Shown: piece by piece, positions 1 through 6,678 of the stretch
How the letters are laid out: each line of letters opens with the position of its first letter
Position numbering within the stretch: the stretch's first letter is position 1
Assembly: GCA_050125095.1 (NCBI GenBank)
Contig: JASFEA010000034.1
Span: 1 to 23,261 of the forward strand
DNA from: a bacterium
Lineage (GTDB): Bacteria; Arandabacterota; Arandabacteria; Arandabacterales; JALGWA01
DNA: 23,261 nucleotides
Direction: 5' to 3'
The notes under the pieces: generated by a model
Told to the model about the DNA's origin: nothing
Databases searched by the model: none
What the model saw: only the letters and a program-made list of their open reading frames with translations
Translations under genes and position numbers: made by a program

Positions 1-125
1 ACTCCCGCCGGCTTTGCGCCCGGCTCGTCGACAGCGCCAAGGACCGGCTTGAGGACATTCCCGAATGCCCGGCCAGGAAATCCCTGGCAGTCCTGGCCGA
101 CTACGTCATCGCCAGGCAGAAATAG
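1..125 (+). CDS. Polyprenyl (hepta/octaprenyl) diphosphate synthase, 3' end only (partial)
   Basis: The frame starting at nt 3 reads SRRLCARLVDSAKDRLEDIPECPARKSLAVLADYVIARQK* (TAG 123-125), resembling the C-terminal helices of IspB/HepT-type prenyltransferases. The apbE/NusG-II/Gx context fits. Confidence 0.65.
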   Translation, partial: SRRLCARLVDSAKDRLEDIPECPARKSLAVLADYVIARQK

Positions 126-135
126 AACCCGCGTC

Positions 136-1122
136 ATGAGAAAATACACCTACGCCGTTCCGGTCATAATCATCGCCATTGTCCTGGTTATCACATTGAC
201 GAGGCAGAGGGCGGAGACAGTCCGGGAGTACAGTGATTCCAGAATGATGATGGACACCTTCGTCGAGATCTGCATATGGGGCGAGGGGAAGGTGAGCGGC
301 GAGGCATGCCTTGACTCGGCCTTCGCCGTGATCGCGAGCATCGACACGCTGTTCGGCGACGGGCTCATAACATGGGCCGAGCGGGGCGTGCTCGCGTCGC
401 CAGAGGCCCAGGAGGTTATGGCGGTGGGCAGGGAGGCCTGGGATATAACCGGCGGGCTCTTCGATCCGACGATCGGGTCCGTGTCGAGCCTATGGGAGTT
501 CTATGCGGGCGCGCGGCCGCCCGAGCCGGATTGTATAAGCGCGGCGCTGGCCTATGTCGGCCTCGACAGGTACCCGGCGCCGGGCCGGCCGTATGCGGGC
601 GACCCGAGCGGTTTCATCCTCGACATAGGCGGCGTGGCCAAGGGATACGCGCTCGACCTGGCGGCAGCCGAAATAGGACGCCTCGGCTTTGATGCCGCCA
701 TAGTCAACGCCGGCGGGGATATCAAGATACTGGGCGAGAAGCCCGGGGGAGGGCCCTGGCGCATAGCCATAAGGCATCCCAGAGAGCGCGGCGAGTTCCT
801 GGGCTGCCTTGAGGTGGGACCGGTCTCCGTGGCGACCTCCGGCGATTACGAGAGGTCATTCGCCTGCGCTGGAAAGAGATACCATCATATCCTGGATCCG
901 CGCGACGGCATGCCCTCGGGACATTCCGTGAGCGTGACCGTGGTGGGGCCTGACGCCTGCCTCTGCGACGCCCTCGCCACCGGTCTGTTCGTCCTGGGCC
1001 CCGAACGGGGCGTCGCGCTCGCAGAGAGTCTCCAGGGTGTCGAGGCCGTGTTCGTCTATGGAGAGGGCCTGGACGTTGTGACGACCGGCGGCATTGCAGA
1101 CTCGTTCGAGAGGTTGGAGTGA
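136..1122 (+). CDS. apbE: FAD:protein FMN transferase (ApbE family), N-terminal membrane anchor
   Basis: Motifs MDT, GLFDPTIG, LDIGGVAKGYALD, VNAGGDI, ATSGDYER, YHHILDPRDG and DALAT. Start taken as ATG 136 because the ORF-track start at 49 overlaps the upstream gene. Hydrophobic N-terminus with no lipobox Cys. Confidence 0.93.
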   Translation: MRKYTYAVPVIIIAIVLVITLTRQRAETVREYSDSRMMMDTFVEICIWGEGKVSGEACLDSAFAVIASIDTLFGDGLITWAERGVLASPEAQEVMAVGREAWDITGGLFDPTIGSVSSLWEFYAGARPPEPDCISAALAYVGLDRYPAPGRPYAGDPSGFILDIGGVAKGYALDLAAAEIGRLGFDAAIVNAGGDIKILGEKPGGGPWRIAIRHPRERGEFLGCLEVGPVSVATSGDYERSFACAGKRYHHILDPRDGMPSGHSVSVTVVGPDACLCDALATGLFVLGPERGVALAESLQGVEAVFVYGEGLDVVTTGGIADSFERLE

Positions 1123-1484
1123 CGCGACCTACGATCGGTGACATGGCTCTTACCGCAGTGTTCCTCGCCGCGGGCGTCTGGCTCGCGGTCGCCCACGGGC
1201 CGAGGGCGCCGCAGGGCGAAGCGGCCGTTATCAGGAGCGTAAGCGACAGCACTCGCATAGTCCCGCTCTCCGAGGACCGCGTCGTGGAGGTGAAAGGCGC
1301 CCTGGGCGTGACTGAAGTGAGGATAGAGGACGGCTATGTCGATTTCATATCGTCCCCCTGTCCTCACAAGATATGCATCGAGCGGGGCAGGGTAGCCCTC
1401 GAGGGCGACTACATAGTCTGCGTTCCAAACGGGGTTTCGGTCAGGATAGAGGGCGAATCGGCCTTCGACGCAGTGGTGCCCTGA
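1119..1484 (+). CDS. NusG domain II-containing membrane-anchored protein (DUF1312-like)
   Basis: N-terminal TM helix, then G-x-x-G-x-T-x-V-x-I and the SPCPHKIC...G...IVCVPN signature. GTGA overlap with the apbE stop. Confidence 0.88.
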   Translation: MTRPTIGDMALTAVFLAAGVWLAVAHGPRAPQGEAAVIRSVSDSTRIVPLSEDRVVEVKGALGVTEVRIEDGYVDFISSPCPHKICIERGRVALEGDYIVCVPNGVSVRIEGESAFDAVVP

Positions 1485-1503
1485 GGGCGGAAAGGGGAAG
1501 ACC

Positions 1504-2019
1504 TTGGATGCGAAGCGGCTGTCGAGAGTCGGAGTGCTTTCCGCATGCGCCGTTGCCGCATATGTTTTCGAGAGTTTCATACCCGTGCCGGTGCCCTGGG
1601 CGAGGATCGGCATCTCGAACGTGGTAGTCGTAATCACGCTCTTCGGCTTCGGGTTCACCGAAGCGCTGCTGGTTACGCTCGTGAGGATAGCGGCGGGCAA
1701 TCTCCTGCTCGGCATTATGCTCAGCCCCTCCTTCATTATGTCCATGGCGGGGGGAGTTGCCGCTCTGGCGGCCATGGGACTTGTGAGAAGACATGCCGTG
1801 CCTCCGCTTTCGGTGGTCGGCGCAAGCGTGGCGGGGGCGGTAGCCAATAATGCGGTTCAGATATGGGTGTTCGCCGTCCTCTTCACGGGCGGCGGGGCTC
1901 CCCGCGAGCTCCTGGGGACGTTCGTCATCCTGGGGGCGGCCGTGGGCTTCGCGACAGGGGTCCTGAGCGCCATGCTTCTCGCAAAGGTTGGTCTTGAAAG
2001 CAGGTCTCCGGTAGAGTAA
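1504..2019 (+). CDS. Gx transporter family / 'heptaprenyl diphosphate synthase component I' membrane protein (ECF S-component-like)
   Basis: ESFIPVPVPWARIGISN, R..AG.LL.G, SVVGASVAGAVANN.VQ motifs, multiple TM helices, TTG start after GGGGAAG. Confidence 0.88.
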   Translation: MDAKRLSRVGVLSACAVAAYVFESFIPVPVPWARIGISNVVVVITLFGFGFTEALLVTLVRIAAGNLLLGIMLSPSFIMSMAGGVAALAAMGLVRRHAVPPLSVVGASVAGAVANNAVQIWVFAVLFTGGGAPRELLGTFVILGAAVGFATGVLSAMLLAKVGLESRSPVE

Positions 2020-2022
2020 GTT
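1994..2022 (+). promoter_or_regulatory. Putative sigma70 promoter for rseC-rsfS-argS
   Basis: TTGAAA (1994-1999), 17 nt, TAAGTT (2017-2022). The rseC ATG follows 9 nt later with no SD. Confidence 0.45.
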
Positions 2023-2031
2023 CTTGTCAGA

Positions 2032-2472
2032 ATGAGACAGGTAGGTTACGTTGTCGCGGTCGAAGAAGGCGTGGCCGATATAGCCATCGGGGAGCACCTC
2101 GAGTGCAATAAGTGCGGCGCCTGCTTCGCCACGATAGGCAAGAAGCGCAAAGAGATAAAAGCGGCCAACGGCATGGGGGCGGATGTCGGGGACAGGGTAG
2201 AGGTGGAGACGCCCCCGGGCTTTGCGGTGGCGGCCGCCTTTCTCATATACATCTTCCCGATGCTGGCCGGATGTGCCGGCGCCGTCATTGGATACAGATG
2301 GCTTGCGGCATCGGGCCTGGGCCGGACGGCGGGAGCCGTTGTCATGGCGGCCGCGTTCGTCGCCTTTTCCATTATTGTGCTCAGGTACATCGACAGGGTT
2401 TACTTCTCGCGGCAGATGCCGAATATAGTAAATGTCCTGCTTAAGGAGGACCCGAAGGAAGGGAGGCGCTGA
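2032..2472 (+). CDS. rseC: RseC/MucC family (SoxR reducing system) membrane protein
   Basis: G.VV..E start, CNKCGAC Cys cluster, GA.VGDRVEV, AAFLIYIFP followed by two TM helices. Confidence 0.85.
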   Translation: MRQVGYVVAVEEGVADIAIGEHLECNKCGACFATIGKKRKEIKAANGMGADVGDRVEVETPPGFAVAAAFLIYIFPMLAGCAGAVIGYRWLAASGLGRTAGAVVMAAAFVAFSIIVLRYIDRVYFSRQMPNIVNVLLKEDPKEGRR

Positions 2473-2849
2473 TTCCCTCTCTGGCACCCAAGGCTCTAGC
2501 CAGGGCCTGCACAAAACTGGCGCTTGATAAGAAGGCCGAGGACGTTGTGATCATCGACCTTCGCAAACTCAATGCTCCGACCGACTACTTCGTCATCTGC
2601 AGCGGGTCCACGGACAGACATGTCAGGGCGATTGCGGACAATGTTGTGGAGGGGATGAAGAAGAAGAAGAACGCCAGGGCATGGCATGTCGAGGGGCACT
2701 CCGTCGGGAGCTGGGTCCTCATAGACTACGTCAATGTCGTGGTTCATGTGTTCAATGCAGCCACCCGGAAGTTCTACTCGCTTGAGACCCTGTGGGGCGA
2801 TGCCCCGATGGAGAAGATCGTGCCGAAAGTGAGGGGCGGAAAGGCGTGA
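2469..2849 (+). CDS. rsfS: Ribosome silencing factor RsfS (Iojap); start uncertain (CTG 2469, ATT 2472, CTG 2481 or GTG 2547)
   Basis: TDYFVICSG, HVRAIAD, EG...WVLIDY..VVVHVF....R.FY.LE.LW. The in-frame upstream sequence encodes the conserved LALDKKAEDV segment, so the start lies upstream of GTG 2547. Confidence 0.9.
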   Translation: MIPSLAPKALARACTKLALDKKAEDVVIIDLRKLNAPTDYFVICSGSTDRHVRAIADNVVEGMKKKKNARAWHVEGHSVGSWVLIDYVNVVVHVFNAATRKFYSLETLWGDAPMEKIVPKVRGGKA

Positions 2850-4891
2850 ACATAAGGCAGGAAATCGAGAAGGAGCTGCGGGAGGTGCTTGGACGTGTCT
2901 ATCCCTCCCTGGGCGAGCTCCATTTCGAAGTCTCCAAGCCGCGCGAGAAGTCTTTCGGAGACTTCGCCACCAACCTGGCCATGGTCGCGTCGAAGTCGAC
3001 AGGGGAGAAGCCGCTGGAGATCGCCGAGAAAATCGTAGGGGCCATGGAGGTCCCGTCGGGGCTAATAGATTCGATCGACGTGAAGAAGCCGGGCTTCATC
3101 AACATGAGAATCGCCCCCGGAGCCTACATAGAGAAGCTGCGCGAGATAGCCACGTGGGACTGCGACGAGAACTGCGGGGCCTTCACCATCGGGCAGTGCA
3201 AACCCGTTCAGGTGGAGTACGTCAGCGCCAACCCGACCGGGCCTCTCAATGTGGTGAGCGCGCGCGCGGCCGCCGTCGGGGATTCGCTCGTGAGGCTGCT
3301 GAAGCGCATCGGCTTCGAGGCGCGGAGCGAGTTCTACGTGAACGACCAGGGCCGGCAGGTGGAACTCCTGGGCCTTTCGCTTGAGGCCAGGTTCCGGCAG
3401 CTCATGGGTCAGCATGCCGAAATCCCCGAGGGCGGATACCCGGGACATCATCTCATCGGGATCGCCGAGAGGATAAAGGAATTCGCCGACTGGGCCAACC
3501 GGATGGCCCAGAGCGAAATGCTGTTCGATGAGGAGATACCCGTGGCCGAACTGGACGACTGCATACTCCGGTTCCTGGTCAGCGAAGCGGCCAGCAAGGG
3601 CCCCACGGATGAGAACGACAAACTGTGGCTTGAGGAACACATATCTTACAGGGCGGAGTTCGACGCCGAACTGCGCCCGTTCTGGGCCCCCGTTTACGTA
3701 TGCGACCTCTCCGTCAAGGGTTTGACTTACGACGAGATCAAGTGCAAGCTCTCGCTCATAGAGCGCTTCAGGGAATACGCGCTGTCCTGCCCGCTGGAGA
3801 GAGTGGTAAAGAAGAGCGGCCAGGGCGCGCCGGCCGAGCAGGTGTTCCTCGGTGAGGCCGTGGCCAACAAGGCTTTCGACTTCGAGGGATTCGCAATTGA
3901 GGAAATCGTGACCGGCCAGAAGGCGACGCTTGATAAGTTCGGGGCCAGGCCCGAAGGCGGGCCCCGGTTCGATGAGTGGGTTAGGGAGTCGGACCTCAGG
4001 GAGGTCGTCGATGAAGTCTACAATCTGCTCATGTCGGACGGCCGCTTCGTGGTCGAGAAGGAAGGCGCGGTATGGCTGAAGGGCGGGGACGGCGAGGACA
4101 GCGACGAGTGGGTGATAAGGCGCTCCAACGGGCAATACACCTATTTCCTGTCCGACATAGCCTACCATATATACAAGAAGCAGCGCGGCTTCCAGGGGGT
4201 CATCGACATCTGGGGTCCCGACCATCACGGCCACATCTCCAGGATGAAGGCGGCCATGAGCATAATGTCGGAAGTCATACAGGATCTCGAAATCGACGAG
4301 GACTGGCTCAACATCCTCATAGTCCAGCAGGTCAACCTCATCAGGGAGGGGAAGCGCGTGGTCATGTCCAAGCGCGCGGGCGAGTACGTCACCCTGGACG
4401 ACGTCGTCGAGGAGGTCGGGCCGGACGCTGCGCGCTTTTTCTTCCTTATGAGGCGCTGCAACAGCCACCTCGACTTCGACGTCGACCTTGCCAAGAAGGC
4501 CACCGAGGAGAACCCCGTATTCTATGTTCAGTACGCGCATGCCAGGATAACCAGCATGATCAACTTCGCGCGCGAAAGCGGATACGACATCATCCCGCCC
4601 CCGGATGCCGACCTATGCCTTCTCGATAAGGAAGAGGAGTGGGACCTCATAAAGGGCCTGGCCGATTTCGACGAGACCGTCTTCTGGAGCGCCATCAATC
4701 TGGAGCCGCACCGGCTCACCGCGTACGCGATTGACCTGGCCGGGCGCTTCCACCGCTTCTACCATCACCACCGGGTCATCACCGACGACTGCGAGATGTC
4801 GGAAGCCCGGCTCTTCCTGGTCTGGGCCACGCGCACCGTGCTGCGCGGCGCCCTCTCGCTTCTGGGGATTTCCGCTCCTGAGTCCATGTAG
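2846..4891 (+). CDS. argS: Arginine--tRNA ligase (681 aa) with a large internal insertion
   Basis: FGDFATN, PGFIN, VEYVSANPTGP, EFYVNDQG.Q, YFLSDIAYH, IWGPDHHG, MSKRAG, NPVFYVQYAHAR, ending LGISAPESM*. GTG start overlaps the rsfS TGA. Confidence 0.96.
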   Translation: MNIRQEIEKELREVLGRVYPSLGELHFEVSKPREKSFGDFATNLAMVASKSTGEKPLEIAEKIVGAMEVPSGLIDSIDVKKPGFINMRIAPGAYIEKLREIATWDCDENCGAFTIGQCKPVQVEYVSANPTGPLNVVSARAAAVGDSLVRLLKRIGFEARSEFYVNDQGRQVELLGLSLEARFRQLMGQHAEIPEGGYPGHHLIGIAERIKEFADWANRMAQSEMLFDEEIPVAELDDCILRFLVSEAASKGPTDENDKLWLEEHISYRAEFDAELRPFWAPVYVCDLSVKGLTYDEIKCKLSLIERFREYALSCPLERVVKKSGQGAPAEQVFLGEAVANKAFDFEGFAIEEIVTGQKATLDKFGARPEGGPRFDEWVRESDLREVVDEVYNLLMSDGRFVVEKEGAVWLKGGDGEDSDEWVIRRSNGQYTYFLSDIAYHIYKKQRGFQGVIDIWGPDHHGHISRMKAAMSIMSEVIQDLEIDEDWLNILIVQQVNLIREGKRVVMSKRAGEYVTLDDVVEEVGPDAARFFFLMRRCNSHLDFDVDLAKKATEENPVFYVQYAHARITSMINFARESGYDIIPPPDADLCLLDKEEEWDLIKGLADFDETVFWSAINLEPHRLTAYAIDLAGRFHRFYHHHRVITDDCEMSEARLFLVWATRTVLRGALSLLGISAPESM

Positions 4892-4892
4892 C

Positions 4893-4920
4893 CCCCGAGG
4901 GGTCAGCCCCGAGGGGTCAG
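4893..4920 (+). repeat. 14-bp perfect tandem repeat x2 (CCCCGAGGGGTCAG)
   Basis: Copies at 4893-4906 and 4907-4920, directly after the argS stop. Confidence 0.9.
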
Positions 4921-4936
4921 GTCTTGAAATGCACAA

Positions 4937-5020
4937 TCCTCCGGGGTCAGATCTCAAGATGCACAGCCACATTCTCCGTCCTCCGGGGTCAGATCTCAAG
5001 ATGCACAGCCACATTCTCCG
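4937..5020 (+). repeat. 42-bp perfect tandem repeat x2 containing GGGGTCAG
   Basis: TCCTCCGGGGTCAGATCTCAAGATGCACAGCCACATTCTCCG at 4937-4978 and 4979-5020. A degenerate partial copy GGGGTCAGGTCTTGAAATGCACA (19/23 identical) lies at 4913-4935. Confidence 0.95.
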
Positions 5021-5043
5021 CGCAGTCTGCCTCCGAAATCCTC

Positions 5044-5072
5044 GTGCCGTTGTCCCCGGTTTTTGATAGAGT
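5044..5072 (+). promoter_or_regulatory. Putative extended -10 sigma70 promoter of methyltransferase 1
   Basis: GTGCCG (5044-5049), 17 nt, TAGAGT (5067-5072) with TG at 5064-5065. ATG 5079 lies 6 nt downstream. Confidence 0.45.
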
Positions 5073-5078
5073 CTGCTT

Positions 5079-5816
5079 ATGCGGGAAGGAAAGAGAATGT
5101 ACACGGACCTGGCCTGGCTGTGGCCCGTACTCAGCCCGAAGGAAGACTATGTGGAGGAGTGCGAGTTCATAGCCGGCGCCATAAAGCAGCACGCGCGCGT
5201 CGTGCCGCGGACGCTTCTCCACCTGGGAACGGGCGGCGGCCACAACGACTACACCCTCAAGAGGCACTTCGAGGTAACAGGCGTAGACATGAGCCCTGCG
5301 ATGCTGGACCTGGCGCGCGGGCTCAACCCGGAGGTCGAGTACCTGGAAGGGGATATGCGGGACGTAAGACTGGGCAGGCAGTTCGACGCGGTGATCATTC
5401 TCGATTCAATTGGCTACATGCTCACCGAAGAAGACCTCCGCAGGGCGCTCGCCACCGGCTATGACCACCTCAGGCCTGGTGGCGTGTTCCTGACAGTGGT
5501 CGAGTCCGACCCCGCGGCTTTTGTACAGAACAAAACGAAGGCGTGGACTCATGGCCGGGGGGATGTCGAGCTCACTTTCATCGACAACTACTATGACCCC
5601 GACCCGGGTGACTCAACCTATGAATGCACGTTCGTTTACCTCATAAGGGAGAGAGGCAGACTCAGGATCGAGACCGACAGCCACCTCTGCGGTATCTTTC
5701 CGATGGAGACCTGGCTTGACTCATTCAAGTCCGTCGGCTTCGAAGCCAAGGAACTCGAATTCAAGTTCCCGGGAGAAGAGGAAACGCCGTTTCCGGTGCT
5801 GCTGGGAATGAAATAA
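5079..5816 (+). CDS. Class I SAM-dependent methyltransferase (TylM1/DesVI-like pattern); alternative start ATG 5097
   Basis: LLHLGTGGG (motif I), VTGVDMSPAML, GDMRDVRLGRQFDAV, HLRPGGVF. An SD-like GGAAGGA precedes ATG 5097. Confidence 0.88.
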   Translation: MREGKRMYTDLAWLWPVLSPKEDYVEECEFIAGAIKQHARVVPRTLLHLGTGGGHNDYTLKRHFEVTGVDMSPAMLDLARGLNPEVEYLEGDMRDVRLGRQFDAVIILDSIGYMLTEEDLRRALATGYDHLRPGGVFLTVVESDPAAFVQNKTKAWTHGRGDVELTFIDNYYDPDPGDSTYECTFVYLIRERGRLRIETDSHLCGIFPMETWLDSFKSVGFEAKELEFKFPGEEETPFPVLLGMK

Positions 5817-5853
5817 GGCGCCGCGCAGGCCCGTTTTCCGGAGGGGCCCGACC

Positions 5854-6636
5854 ATGGATGAAATCGCCAGACGTAACCGGGGACACTGGGAGCGTCTGGT
5901 TCGGGATGGCCTGATATATACGAAGCCATGGCTCGACCTGGACCCGGCTCTCGTCAAGGACTTCGCCTCGGGCCGCCTGGACGAGATGTCGCATCCTTAC
6001 AAGTATATTTACCCGCGCGAAGTATTCGAGGATGTAGAGGGAAAACAGGTTCTCTGCCTGGCCGCCAGCGGGGGGCAGCAGAGCGCCATATTCGGGCTCC
6101 TTGGTGCGCATGTCACGGTACTCGATTTGACCCGGGGGCAGCTGGACGGAGACAGGGCGGCAGCGGAGCACTACGGCTACAATCTGAAAACGGTGCTCGG
6201 TGACATGCGCGATCTCACGGTCCTTAAGGAAGCAGATTTCGACCTGGTCTACCAGGCGATATCGATTATCTTCGTCCCCTCGGTGCGCGAGGTCTACAGC
6301 GAAGTGCACCGCGTGCTGAGGCCGGGCGGTCTATACCGGGTCGGCCACTGCAATCCTGCCGTACAGGCGGTGGAATTCTCATCCTGGGACGGGCAGGGCT
6401 ACAGGATCGAAAAAAGATACCGCGAGCGCGTTGTCGAAGATGCTGAGAGCCTGGAGTTCCGCCATTACTTCTCCGAGATATTCAATCACCTCATCGACAC
6501 GGGCTTTGAAATCCGCGGGGTATGGGAGGACCCGCGCCACTTCGGATATTCCGGCAGCGAGCCTGGGAGCGAGGATCACTGCCTGGAATATGTGCAGGGC
6601 CTCTTTGCGGTTCTCGCCAGGAAGGCCGACCGGTAA
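5854..6636 (+). CDS. Class I SAM-dependent methyltransferase
   Basis: VLCLAASGGQQ, VTVLDLT..QL..D, GDMRDL, FDLV, RVLRPGG. SD GGAGGGG upstream. Confidence 0.88.
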   Translation: MDEIARRNRGHWERLVRDGLIYTKPWLDLDPALVKDFASGRLDEMSHPYKYIYPREVFEDVEGKQVLCLAASGGQQSAIFGLLGAHVTVLDLTRGQLDGDRAAAEHYGYNLKTVLGDMRDLTVLKEADFDLVYQAISIIFVPSVREVYSEVHRVLRPGGLYRVGHCNPAVQAVEFSSWDGQGYRIEKRYRERVVEDAESLEFRHYFSEIFNHLIDTGFEIRGVWEDPRHFGYSGSEPGSEDHCLEYVQGLFAVLARKADR

Positions 6637-6644
6637 TGTCTCGC

Positions 6645-6672
6645 TTGCCATGCGCCCGGGTTTGTATAGAAT
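6645..6672 (+). promoter_or_regulatory. Putative sigma70 promoter giving a leaderless transcript
   Basis: TTGCCA (6645-6650), 16 nt, TAGAAT (6667-6672). ATG 6679 lies 6 nt downstream and has no SD. Confidence 0.55.
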
Positions 6673-6678
6673 AGCCGT

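Noticed and set aside
49..135. ORF-track N-terminal extensions (apbE 49, argS 2792, 8427, asd 14228, truA 16015, purQ 22235)
   Set aside because: They overlap upstream genes or promoters or lack an SD. Downstream starts fit SD position and family N-termini better.
3490..3880. Intein or intron in argS
   Set aside because: No intein terminal His-Asn or endonuclease motifs, and the frame is uninterrupted.
4893..5020. Repeat cluster as a CRISPR array
   Set aside because: The units are directly tandem with no unique spacers, and there are no cas genes.
4613..5267. Small ORFs across the repeat region (4731-5066, 4924-5172, 4613-5104, 4989-5267)
   Set aside because: They translate the 42-bp repeat, overlap real genes and show no recognisable motifs.
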